DNA from: Amoebidium appalachense
Lineage: Eukaryota; Protista; Ichthyosporea
Length of the DNA stretch: 64,000 bases
NCBI GenBank assembly: GCA_963693365.1
Contig: CAVNZM010000014.1
Coordinates: 4,712,001 to 4,776,000, forward strand
Reading direction: 5' to 3'
Within the stretch, counting starts at the first letter, position 1; each line of letters starts with the position of its first letter. Shown here one piece after another: positions 27,021 to 53,636 of this stretch. The notes beneath the pieces were generated by a model that was given only the letters and a program-made list of their open reading frames with translations, ran no database searches and was not told the origin of the DNA. Position numbers and translations under genes: made by a program.

Positions 27021-27740
27021 TATAGACAGTGTACGATTTGATAAGGGTCAAAGGGTTTTGTGTTGTCTTTTTTTTTTTTTGAGGGGATTATGTGTGTTTC
27101 CACAGAAAGGTCTTGCTCTGCAGGAGAAAAGCCCCAGTGCTTGAACCAATTTACTTCTTGTTGGTTTTGGCTTCCCGGCCCTGCACACCCCTCTCCCTCC
27201 CCCCCGTCCCCCCCACCCACCTCACCCCACACACACACATGGTAAACATACACACACACACACACACGTGACACACACGAACACTGTGACACACACACAC
27301 ACGCGCGCGCGCGGCGCGCACACACACCCGTACACAAACACGTGCGTGCACGCATGCACACCGTGGCACACACACACGCACATACACCACCACCACGGAC
27401 GGCTGCAGCTGGCCGATCCCCCCCCCCCCCCCCCTCCTCCCCCCCCCCCCCCCCTCTCCTCCCTCCCCCCCCACCCCCTCCCCCGCTCGCGCGGCTTAAA
27501 AAAACCCCCCACGGCTTAAAAAAACCCCCCACGTCGACCTCCCTCGACCTCTTTTTCACCAAACATGTGCGCCTGCATTTGATGATCAGGGTCGGCCACT
27601 CAGGGGCTTTTTTTTTGGGGTATGCGTGTTGGGGGAGGGGGGGGGGGGGGGGAGGGAGGGAGGACTGAGGGAGGTATGGAGAGAGGGGGCCTAGCAGGGA
27701 TCCGAGGGGTTTGGTGTGTCCACGTGTTTTTTTTTTTTTT

Positions 27741-27771
<31 letters not shown>

Positions 27772-28018
27772 GGGGGTAAATCATGTAAGTGTGTGCAGTA
27801 GCACGGTGTTCGGTGTGTGCAGTGTCGTGAAATTTAAAATTTGCGAGGGTGTGAGCTCGGCAGCTGAGGGGCGAGGGGGAAAGGGGGGAAGTGGGGGGCG
27901 AGGTGGTGGTGGGGTTGGCGGGGGGGAGGGGGGGGGGGGGGGGGAAAGAAAGATTGGGGGGGAGGGGAGGGGAAGGATGGTATGTGTGTGTGTGTGTGTC
28001 TGTGTGTGTGTGTCTGTG

Positions 28019-28097
<79 letters not shown>

Positions 28098-28329
28098 GGG
28101 GATGGAGGTGGGGGATGGGGGGGGGGGGGGGGGGGGGGGGGGGATGTTGGTCTACAACAGTAATGTCCGGAAAAATGGCCCGTTAACGGATCCATATATG
28201 CATCATCAGTAAACTCTTGGCAAATCATTCGACAACAAAATTGCGTATGCGGATTGAACTTCAAAAAAAGAAGAAGAGGAGAAAAAACCATTAGAGATCA
28301 GGTGCAGCTGTACATATGCATTGTATCTA

Positions 28330-28441
28330 CAGTTGTCAATATAATCGATCGAAAACATGTTTATTGTTAATGTTGTTCACAGACCATCTGTAGGATTCCA
28401 ATTGCAAACCCTAGTTTTCGATCGATTATATTGGTGCACTG
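28330..28441. mobile_element. Very short Tc1/mariner-like MITE or hairpin
   Basis: ta-cagttgtcaatataatcgatcgaaaac ... gttttcgatcgattatattggtgcactg-tg; ~27-bp arms with a 20-bp perfect core. Confidence 0.65.
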
Positions 28442-28510
28442 TGGGTATTAAAAAAAAGCACTGCCGTACGAAATGACAAACTTCCATATACTTTTAACTT
28501 ATCTTTTTTT

Positions 28511-28560
<50 letters not shown>

Positions 28561-28575
28561 AGCCTCGAATTCATC

Positions 28576-29572
28576 CTAAGCGCCTACATAGCCACGTTGT
28601 AACGTGGCACTTTCTGAAGAACCGTCCACACTAACTTGAATATTTTCCGAACGCAAAGAATTCTCCGAGTCAGGCTCCTCTCCTATCTCGTGAAACTCAC
28701 TCGACGCCAAAACATTTTCGGTTTCGAAATCGTGCGGGTGACGGTCCACATTCGTATTCGCATTCGTAATCGTATTTACAGCGTTCTCATTCGTACTGTT
28801 TGAAATTTCATTCATTATCATATCTGGATTTTCGTTCGGAGCCCGTAGATTTTCGCCTGAATTTTCGGGTATCCCCCCCATTCTCTGCGCTTCCATGTGT
28901 CCTTCCTGCTTGCTTTTCCTCGAAGATTCCTCATGGAACTTCCGTCCAATTGCCGCGCTTCGCACATTGCCTTTTTTAGGCACTGTTTGATCTTGAAGGG
29001 TCTCTTGTGGTGGTTCTGTCAACGTTTCAATGGCCAACGAGATCTGTAGGAAACAACGTCAGCACATGGTATATATGCACACACACACACAAACACGTAC
29101 ACGTCGTCAGTTTTAAGCACAACACCCACACGCGCGCACACACACGCACACACGCATGCACGCACACACACACGCACACACATGCACACACATGCACACA
29201 CACACGCACGCACACACACACACGCACACACACGCACACACACACGCACGCGCACATGCACACGCACACGCACACGCACACGCACACATACACGCACACA
29301 CATGCACACACATGCACACACACACGCACGCACACACACACACGCACACACACGCACACACACACGCACGCGCACATGCACACGCACACGCACACGCACA
29401 CGCACACATACACACATGCACGCGCACACACACACAAATACACACTCGCGCGCGTGCAGACTCACATACTCTTTATGTGACACCAGCAGACTTATCATTA
29501 GTTAATGGGTGTGCCATCGGCACATACATGTGTGTCTGTATTTGGCTGGCTGTCTTCTTCCCCCCCCCCCCC

Positions 29573-29613
<41 letters not shown>

Positions 29614-29627
29614 TCTCTCTCTTTCTC

Positions 29628-29658
<31 letters not shown>

Positions 29659-29713
29659 ACACACCCCGGCGGCACCCTTTTGAAACCCGGTTTCACCAGT
29701 GTTTGGTTCCGGG

Positions 29714-29770
<57 letters not shown>

Positions 29771-30488
29771 GGGGGGGGAATCTAATAATCATACCTGAAG
29801 CATTGCCGCCTGATTTGATGTGCTTGACCTCCCCGAATCGGTCCCGGTTGGGGCAAAAAGGGTCGGTAAGACATTGTTGAGATTCAAAATAAACCGATTA
29901 AGCCGGCCGGTAGCCATAAATTTGCGATAAAGCGTGGGGAAAACATAAACTAGAAAATTGCAAAATCCCTCAAGGGGGGTGATAAGAGCCGAGGCATATG
30001 CAAGCGCAAAAGAGGGTTTTGTGGGATATCTCAAATTGTAAATTCGGTGGGCGGTCGGCGGAATCCAGTTGACGCAAAGTATGAGGACGAATGAAAATAC
30101 CTGGGCTATCATCCGTTTATCCAAAGAGGTTTCTACGGGAATGTGGTGTCTCCGAAAATATTGGGAGTGGCGGTATAAACCGAAAATGAATACACCTGAG
30201 ATAACTGCTAGATATACTATGCAAATCCACACGAACATCAGCAAAAATTGCCGCTGCTTGGGGTATCTAACAGAAACGGTACACCAGGGGCCCGATGGAG
30301 CAACCATTCCATTAATAGCATAATAGCTGCCGATAATTGTCGGAAAACCAAATGAGATGACTGTTGCAAAAAATGGAAAATACCGTAATTTATAACTCAA
30401 AAATCCGAATTGTACACTTAGAACCATGTGGGTCATGAGATGAACAACCCAAAGGACGTTGCCGATTGAATACTGAATGAGGACCCCC

Positions 30489-30549
<61 letters not shown>

Positions 30550-31586
30550 GCGCGCATGCCACACGCGCACGTGTTGGTGTGTGCGCCTGCGTGCATCCTT
30601 GAGGTATGTCAGTGTGTGCCATGTATGCAACCTATGATCACGGTGTGTTGTGTGTGTGTCGCTGGGAAGTAGGGGAATTCTTTTTTTTTTTTTGGGGGGG
30701 GGGGGGGGGGGGAGGGGTGGGAAGTGTACTTACTAATAAGCAATTTGAGTAACCTCATAATAAACCCTCCCCCCCCCCCCCCCCCTCCCCCCACCTCCTT
30801 CTCCCCCCTCCCTCCCCCTCCCCTCCCCTCCGGAACCCCCCTACGCCCCCTTTGGGGCCCCGGCCCATAAGGAAAAGAAAAAAAAAGAAAGAGAGATATT
30901 TAAATGAATAAACGCGCACGCACACATACGAGCACACCGACACACACAAACACACATACACACATATACGCACCCCACCTCCCCCCCCACCCCCCCCTTC
31001 CCCTAAACCATGTGCATCTACTCACATCCGCATGCGCGCGCACACACACACATCCCCCCCCCCCCCCCCCCCCCCCCCCCCTTCCACCACCACAAAAACA
31101 ACACACGTGCATGTTTCTAGGAATGTCTAGGAATATATTCACAGGAGAAACATGCAAAATGTAGCGATAAACTTATAATACCTTTTATTCCCAGCCTGAC
31201 CCAATATATCTATTTCACATGAACTTCCTGAAACATTCCTTCCATACACCTTGCACAATTAAAGCGGTAAAAAAAACTAAGGATCAAGGTCAGTAACTAA
31301 ACCGGTATATCCAAACCCAGTATATCCACCATTTAGTATATCTCACCTGGAATGCGCACAAGCTGTCCGACCCAAACGTCCACGTCCCCATGAACTGAGC
31401 GAAGGTACATAGCAGCAAACACCCCGAGAGGAGAGCAAGAATGGTGTGCCTTATGGTGCGCTGCGGCTTAATGGTGCGTGCGTAGAGTACTACGATTGAA
31501 ATACTGCCCGCCATGCCGAGAATGGATGTGATCTTGCAGGTGATGTTCAGAGCACGGTCCTGGCCAGGGGTCCATGGACTGGACAT
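28576..31586 (-). CDS. 7TM receptor of the cAMP-receptor-like (CAR/GCR1) GPCR class, 3 exons, ~466 aa
   Basis: Exons 31347-31586, 29795-30487, 28576-29043, all phase 0 GT-AG. Seven hydrophobic helices; motifs [29 protein letters not shown]; long disordered C-tail. Confidence 0.85.
29170..29410. repeat. 120-bp tandem duplication of a CA-rich unit in GPCR intron 2
   Basis: Line 29221-29280 is repeated exactly at 29341-29400, with matching flanks. Confidence 0.7.
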
Positions 31587-31780
31587 GGCTCCTGCATGGC
31601 TGTGGCCCTCCCCTGTCTCCTTTTCGAAAGAAAAGAGCGTGTTTGGTGTGTTTGCACATGTGTGTGTCTGCGTACGTGTGTGAGAATGGAGCGTCGGTGC
31701 CAGGGGGTGCCAGGGGGGGAGGGAGGGCCGGGGGGGGGGGGGAGGGGGGGGGGCGTGTGAGTGTGAGTGTGAGTGTGAGT

Positions 31781-31874
<94 letters not shown>

Positions 31875-31896
31875 GCGTGTGCGTGTGCGTGTATGT

Positions 31897-31991
<95 letters not shown>

Positions 31992-33119
31992 TACAGTGTC
32001 AGTACAAGTGCAAGTGCGTGTAGTTTTGTGTAGTACGGCCAGGTTTGTTGCATAATCCACCACGCCAATCCTCAGGAGAAACCATGACTAACATTAAGAA
32101 AGAACGTTACAACCAACAGCGCACAAACACACTTGCACACCACAAACTCATGTGCAGGGTACTGTAACTCGCATCTAGAAAAGAGATGTGTTGTGGTGGA
32201 ATACCACTCAGTCCTTCTACGATGAACACAGCAGAAAATGGAGAGGAAGGGGAAAGGCATGCTACACCCACCTCTTCCCCTTTCTCTTTATAGCGTTGGC
32301 CAACTATCCCCTTCGTCGTTCTGGAAAATTCTTACGAATCTGAAGGCACGTACAACTCAAGATCTCCCTCCCTTTTCTCGCCTTTTCGCCAAGATGTGCT
32401 ACTGAGATCTCAAGTTCATTCCAAAATGATTGACTACGGGCGTACCCCTTTCCGACTTCAACGAACATGTTCCGTACCAAAAAAAAAAAAAACAGAAACC
32501 AGATGATATGAAAACTTCGTGTTATTTTACGGTAGCACAAACTAGCACACAAGCTACAGTACAACACGTACACGTACACAACGTGCATATGCATGCAGGG
32601 AAGAAAACACGAGAACGAGATGTACAGAGTACAGGGGCATTTTTTTTGAAATGGCTTGCTTGTGACGGTGCAAAATGAACCAATCAGCATCGTGCTGATT
32701 GTTTCACCCTACACTCGACCCAGATAGAATTTCATTTTTTTTCACTGTACCAATGGACTAGATAGAAAACCCTGGGTTGGAATTTTAAACGAGCCAAAAA
32801 GCTAGGCTAGATAGGTAGTTGGAACTTTTCAAAGTGACCGCGTAATTTTGGATGACGCAAACTCTAAAGAACATCCAAAACAGCACACAGCTACTACTGT
32901 TGGGAACATAGGGTGTACGACGATACATTGCAACCAAGCGTCACTCAGGAGAATGTTTCCCTTTTTTTTTTCTTCTTTTGACTCGGTTTTATTGATCCGT
33001 TGATGAAGGCAACGTGCAGCCACAGGCTACATAACCACCAATAGAACTGAAAAAGCCAAAGCTACGAAATAAAAATAAAGCGACAAGCGACAAAGGACAC
33101 CAGCGGGCAAAAACTTAAG

Positions 33120-33740
33120 TGTACGTGTATGCGTGAAACTAGTTTGCTCCAACTAGTCATATGCATCGATGTTGACCAGACCACACTCACGCAAGAAGAC
33201 ATCATTACTGCTGCTTCCCAACAGGCCCCCCTCAAAACCTACCGAAGCACAGCAAGCAAGTCAGCCTCTAAAAGAGCAATGCAGAACAAATCTGAGCTAA
33301 AAAACAATCCCAACCTAGATAACCCGGAGAAACTGCATCTAGCTCTCTGATAAGGTGGCCTAGTTGTGGCAGGACACACAGAAAAACACAATTACAGAAT
33401 GCATGCAAGCAAACCCGGTCATTGCCATACGACTGGAGGCTAAGGGCTGGCAGTCACTTGGAAAGCTCCCCAACGACCAAGTAGCCACCCCTCCACTCAC
33501 GCAGCGCAGAAGTAGCTGAAGAAGTTGCAGCAGCCCACTGCTAATAGGTCGCGTAGAAGCGTAGACAGCGTGTTGAAGTTACCATAGGTTGCACTGGACC
33601 ACCAGGCGTTGAAGAAACCACTTCTCAAGCGAGAAACTCCGCGAAAGGGAGATGCCCCCACACTCTCACAGTAGTAGGAATACACCAGGCCACACCACAC
33701 ACACGCTGCAGTCACGTTCCCCTGAGTGGGACTCCCTCCC
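33120..33740 (+). pseudogene. Possible degraded 3' end of a restriction-endonuclease-type non-LTR retrotransposon
   Basis: Microsatellite-free, coding-like sequence broken by stops and frameshifts. The fragment IAIRLEAKGWQ resembles the L-xx-L-xxx-GW motif of RLE endonuclease domains. Weak. Confidence 0.25.
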
Positions 33741-33742
33741 AC

Positions 33743-33940
33743 CACAAAAAGAAGATACGAAGCCTTTATATACCTGCCATGGTGAAGAATCGGGGAAAAA
33801 AGTTGACGTGACAGCTAAGAGATCGAAGTGAAAGTGAAGTCACAAAAAGAAGATACGAAAGCCTTTATATACCTAGCCATGGTGAAGAATCGGGGAAAAA
33901 AGTTGACGTGACAGCTAAGAGATCGAAGTGAAAGTGAAGT
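33743..33940. repeat. Near-perfect ~99-bp tandem duplication
   Basis: cacaaaaagaagatacgaa...gatcgaagtgaaagtgaagt twice (33743-33840, 33841-33940), differing by two 1-nt indels. Confidence 0.9.
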
Positions 33941-34219
33941 CGAAGAACTTAACAAATATGGTTTAAATCATAAATTATGTCCGGGATGGTCGGATCATGG
34001 TCCGTTTGGCTTGTCAGGAAGTATAGGGAGATGCGATATCACGCACCACCACCGGGGCGGAAGTAAAGACTATTGTAACAGGCCCGGCCCGATGCAACCA
34101 TACCCATCCTTCATGTGTGCATTCATATCCAGCGCCAGTAGTGAACAGCAGAAGAAACACTTGGGTAGGGATGTGGACACACTGGTCGTAGAAGGGAAAG
34201 AAAGAGGAAGAGAGAAGAA

Positions 34220-34262
<43 letters not shown>

Positions 34263-34378
34263 GAAAGCGATCTGAGGGGGGGGGGGGGAAGGGGGGGGGG
34301 GGGACGAAAGCGATCTGGGGGGGGGGGGGTAGAGAGGGAGGGAGGGAGAGATATCGATAGGGCGAGGGGGGGGGGGGG

Positions 34379-34421
<43 letters not shown>

Positions 34422-34545
34422 GTGTGTGTGTGTGTGTGTTGTGGGGGTGTGTGTGAGTGAGCGAGAGAGAGAGATCGAGTCTCCGGGAGAGAAGGGATCC
34501 GAGAGATCTAGAGAGTGAGTTGTCACAGTGTGCGTGTGTGCACGT

Positions 34546-34576
<31 letters not shown>

Positions 34577-34803
34577 GGGGAGGGAGGGGGAGCGGATTGG
34601 GGAGAGGGAGAGAGAGGGAGGGAGGAAGGGAGAGAGGAAGGGACTCCGGGGGGCTGGAGGGGAGGGGAGGGAGAAAGAGACTGAGAGATCCAGAGATAAC
34701 TCATATCAGTGAGAGAGAGAGAGAGAACGACAGAGTCTGAGAGAGAGAGAGAGTCTCAGAGAGGGAGAGGGGGACACAGAGAGAGAGAGCGAGAGCCTCG
34801 AGA

Positions 34804-34893
<90 letters not shown>

Positions 34894-35160
34894 GATTGTG
34901 TGTGTGTACATGTGTCTGCGGAAAGTGTGTGTGTGTGTGTTGTGTCCGCACAGTATGTGGCTCAGTAATTAAAGTTTTGTGTGTGTCCTGAGGCCACCTG
35001 TGCGCTGGTGAACTCGAGTACTATTTTAGGCGCAACACGAGTGCCAATATTATTATTTGGGATGCAAGCAACTACATTAATTTCCTTGTGCGTTTCTGTT
35101 TTTTTTTTTTTTATATCCTAAGACGTATACCTGTCTATTTCAGGCAGCTAGATATCATGA

Positions 35161-35224
<64 letters not shown>

Positions 35225-35426
35225 CAAAAAGGGGGTAAATGAGAACAGAAAAGAAGAGTCACGTCATTTCTCTTTCTTTTCACATTACTTCCTCAAAAGT
35301 TCTTATATATCCTTAACCGTCATGATTACTTCAGCTCTCTATTAGTTAAATAAATACATGTGCCATGACGTGTCCGTCTGCACGTGTTTTGACAGTGATT
35401 TGTGTGTGTGTGTGACACGGTGTGGT

Positions 35427-35576
<150 letters not shown>

Positions 35577-35622
35577 GCTGTAAGATAGAGATAAACTTTA
35601 AGGTAGACCGTCAAGAGTGAGT

Positions 35623-35716
<94 letters not shown>

Positions 35717-36439
35717 GGGAGAGGGAGAGAGAGAGAGAGAGAGAGAGAGAAACGGGGGGGGGGGGGGAGAGAGAGGGAAAGGGAGGGAGGGAGGGAGAGA
35801 AAGAAGAGAGAGATGGAGAGAGGGAGAGGGAGGGGGGGAGGGGGGGGGGGGGGGGGGGGGCTTGCTACGATGTGAAATTTGTGGTCAAGTTGTGGTCAGT
35901 GCCACGGTATCATGTGCACGTATGAGTGTGTGTGCTTGTATACGCTTGTGCGTACATGTGTGTGCGCGCGCGTGTACATATGCATAGTGTATGTACATGG
36001 GTGGGCATGTGTGCCACGGTATGTGAACGCGTGCACACGTGTGCCCTGTACACCCTCGTGCACGTGTCAGACACGTCTGGCACGTGTTGGCCCAGTGGAT
36101 TCGTGGACTCGGACACGGGTCGGAAAACTACTCGACGGAAAGCATGCATGGGAGAGAAACTTTGATTGTGTGCCACGGTGTGACAGTCTGCTATTAGGAT
36201 AAAGTTATGCACATATGGTGTGTCTGTGCACGTGCAGATCATGGCAGGTACCCGTGATGTGCAGCACGGCGTCCATGATCACGATGTGACACGTGTGCAC
36301 GTGTGCCACGTGTGTGTGCCTCTCTCTCTATCGAGTCTGTGTGTGTGTGTGTGTGTGCACGTGTGTGTGGGTGTGGGTGTGGGTGTGGGTGTGTGTGTGT
36401 GTGTGCGTGTGTGTTTATGTTTGTGTGTGTGTGTGTGTG

Positions 36440-36552
<113 letters not shown>

Positions 36553-38943
36553 TATTAGTTAGTTTAACGGTTGTAAATTGTCATGGCCCTAGCCCTGGGC
36601 CTCAGACTAATATTAATGTAGACTGGTAAACTACAGTTCCTGCATGTGCCAACATGATGCCACGAGCTCGGTGCGTGCGCGAGGGAATGACCAGAATGTT
36701 CGAACCTCGCGATCGCGAGCTCAATGCTCATGCACGTCTCGCTCACATGAATCGATCGGATCCGGAACACTGAGGCATGGTCTAACGGGGATTCGGGTGA
36801 TCAGAAATAAGAGAGGCAACGGAAAAGAAAAAGGAGACAGGGAAAGGTGTATATGGTCATTATTGTAACTTACCGTGTTCATGAGAGAGGGACTACAAAA
36901 GGGGAACTGTCCAGCGTCCTGTCCAGAGTTTACCTGTGACGAACATTCCAGACATTCCATCAAGAGAAGGAATGTCAGGAAGCCATGATGATTGGATATA
37001 TTTTAGCCGGTAGCAGGGCCATCACGGATCCCCTTTGACTGTCCCAGATCAAGGCGACCCTCTGCTGGGCATATCCCCCGGGCCCGGAGGGTCAGGGCCT
37101 GGGCAGTTCACGCTCCTCCTGTGGGTTATTATAGCGAGCAAAAATAGTACTACATTTAACTATTAATTAATTAAAATACTAGCGATTGGTATGGAGCTGG
37201 CTCTTAGTGACGGTACTAGTACCTTTCCGGGCGACATTCTGGGATTGAGTCCGGGGGAGTTCTGCTCGGTCCAAAATGCAAATGACTGCGGAATTATTGA
37301 GCAGTTGTCGGTCTTCAGCATAGATGTCGCTTAAAAAGAATTCCTGCAGATTCACGCAGGTTATTAAGAAATTCAATCTTCTAAAGTTTTAGGGCGAATA
37401 GACACTACAGTATGGAGGGCCTTACAGGCTAAATTTACTGAGAATTTTCAAGGGAAATGACTGATTTATGTTTGGCCATAAGCATAATGCATATTCATGA
37501 AATCCATGACACCAAGTAGGTTTAGGGGATTCGTATTCCATATTTATGCTCTCAGATATACTCGTTCACGGAGTAAGTGGGCGTTGTGATTGGTCGACTA
37601 GTTCTTTGGAATGTGTTTGGCATGTACGGCATTTCTTTTGCATTCCTGAACAATCAATCCATCATCTTCACCAAGACATCTTCTTCGGATCCCCTACATG
37701 AAACGAACCGAGGTGTACCAAAACATAGAAGTCGTGCATTGCTTATTGTCGAAAGAACGCAAGAATGGCAGTAGTAGAGATAGTTACATGAAGTTTTGTT
37801 GTCTTGAACGTATGCTGGGGCTGCCATGATTTGGCAGTAGAGGTTATATGCATCACTGAGCTGGTTTTCACTTTGAGATAGATAGCACTTGTGCTCCTTC
37901 ACACCTTGACCTAACGAACTCTGGCTCAATTGATTACTCAGCACATGTTGTACTGAATTGAATGAATTCCTTGGCTCCACCACACCGGCTGAATAGGATA
38001 GAAGGGTACACCTTGCGCTGCTTTGTCCTTCGGGGGTGGTTGCACGTATTAAGCCCGGGCCTCGCTCGGGTCATTGTTTTTTTCGCCTCAAGGGCCTAAT
38101 GCGTTTGCATGCAACTCACACAAACGAAACAGCCTCCGTTACAACTATTCAACTGTGGTTTTCCAATATACGTCGTGTGATTCTTTAACAGCAGCTTCTT
38201 GAATTTGGAAGGCGAATTTAGCTTCTGGAAATGGCAAGTGATACTCCCAAGCACCTTCTCCCTCTCGATCCCTCCACTAGAACCTCCAACGGGATTTCAC
38301 CCCTTCGAGCTCAGAACGCAGTTCGCTTTCACTGTCTGCTTTTGCATCTGTGTGTACGCATTTTCACTAACGCAGCGGCACATCTGTTCAGTACTTTTCA
38401 GCGATTGTGAAACTGCGTCGCGTAGTTTTCGAGAAGTTGGGACAAGTGGTGTATGTTTTCCGAATCTGGTTGACAGTCTGATACAGAAATTTTGGGGCTC
38501 TGCCCTCTTTGCTTTAACTAGTTGCTTGGCTTGGCCAAAAAGATGAAAAAAAATGGAGGTGTGTGCCGGTAAATCAACGCTACATTGCCAGTGCTAGGTA
38601 CGCTTAAGTTGAATCACAAGAGTTTTGGGTTTTGTGCACATCCTTCAAGATGTTTAGTCTTTTTAAGTGACCTATTGTTTAGTGCTCTTTGCGCAAGTAT
38701 GCAACGAGAAGCAACAAAGAGGCATGCATCTACTTGCAACCACTCGTCCCATACCCCCCCACACACATACTACCCACACAAACACACACTGCCCAAACAC
38801 ACACACACATTGTCCCCAAACATGCACTCATTTTCTCGCTTGCCCACAGGTGCTGTAACACCGTTTCACCAAAAGATCCGCTTCTTGTCATCACAAGCCT
38901 CACACCCCATCCTTTTCCACGAAATACGTATCAAACCACCACC

Positions 38944-51703
<12,760 letters not shown>

Positions 51704-51855
51704 GGGGTTGGTTTTGTGCAAAACGGGTTAATATAATGTTTGTTTTTTTTGGTGACGGTTGAGGGCGTTTTAGGGGATCAAAAAGAAATTGTTTCTTTCT
51801 TTATATGTGTGAGGTGTGTGGTGCTGGTGCGAGGGTGGAGGAGGGATGGAGGGAT

Positions 51856-51906
<51 letters not shown>

Positions 51907-52567
51907 CTAAGTCTGACAAAGTTGATGACCATATATTCTTAAAGCAAATACAGTTTCACATAGTGAATATTAATCGTCATAATCGTTTATTACGGAGTGT
52001 TCCGAGTGATTTCGTTGTGTAGAGATTTGTACCAGCGAGTACACATTGTACAGGCGTGGCAATTGTGATGTTGCCTTTTTTTGACTTGCAATCAGGTGTG
52101 TCTTTAAGCAAACACATACAGTTTTAACACATAGCAGGGAAAGATTCTTAAAGGCATTGACATTTCCGTGTCGATTTCTTTGTATAGTGGTTACGTGTAC
52201 AGTTGGCGATATTTCCCGCTTCTTTTTAGGTTTAAATCGCATCATATTTGATCCTTTTTCTTGTTTTTCCCCCTGCACACTTCCTTTTTACGTGATAGGT
52301 TCCTCACATTGAAGAGCTGATCAATAGGATAGGCCTTGTCGACAGCAGTGTACCGCAGGGTTCAAACTAATAGATGTTGTGTAGCTTGCCATATATGGTA
52401 GCTGACAGTTCAGAATGGATGTCGTGGGTGTGTGTTTCTTTAACAATAAACCGAGATGACCATACTGGATATGGGACACATCGAAAAGGGACGTCACCTT
52501 TAACCTAAACAAGCTTGTGCAACACTGTACCCTAAACTAGTAAAGTGTGCCTGCATTATGCATTGAA

Positions 52568-52605
<38 letters not shown>

Positions 52606-53251
52606 ACCCGTCCGGGGTGGACACCGCCGTGATAGACAAACCACCAGAACTACCACACACCCACACTACGTGTGCACGTACATACGTACTTACACAAATC
52701 ATTACGTGCATGAATACTCGAACACATCCATATCTCCTCCTTCCCGAGTCCCTCCCTCCCTTTCCCCTCCCCTCCCGCCCCCTCCCCCCTCCCCCCCACG
52801 TGACAACCCCGGCCCCCCACACACCCCCTCATCCCCCCCCCCCGGTACCCCTTCATGCAAAGGGGGGGATGGAGGAAGGGGGAGGGGGGGGGAGGGGAGG
52901 GAAAGGGCATCATTAAGCAGTGACGTGCACACTGCCGTTCCTAGGTCGCAGTTTTTTTTTTAAGTAGTATTGTCAAGTTTACTTCACAGTACTAGTTGCA
53001 ACATACAAGGCTGTACTAAACCGTAGAGCCGGATAAAACACCATTTCTTAACGTAGTATAATGAACATATAGAAGCCCCAGTATTGAAAAACAAATTAAC
53101 TTATTGAATCATTGCTCATTTAAATTTACATATGCATACTGCCAGGCCTTCTGCCCGCACAAGCGGTTTACAGCCTGTGACATATTTATCACCTGTGTTG
53201 CCACGTGCCACGATATACCGTATCATACGGGTTTGGTCTGTTATAATACAG

Positions 53252-53300
<49 letters not shown>

Positions 53301-53636
53301 ACGCACACAATGTCATGTGCAATGTGATTTTTGACCGAGAGTTTGATTCCTTTTGTAACAGTAATGAAAAAAGGAATATCCGTGCCATCGCATTCGAAAG
53401 TTTAACCACAACAAATAATTGAGCACATATCTTTGGTGCCTATTCCAGATAAATATCGGTTAAATTTTCACCAACACAAGCGGTGTACATACAACATAAA
53501 AACCTAAGTCATTCATGCATACATGTGTAACTCCCTATCATTCGAAATCTGCAGCAACCCCCCATCCAACTACGATCAAATACGCACAATTTTCTTCTGC
53601 CGCAATTTGCACAAAAACATGTGACATTGCTAAGCC

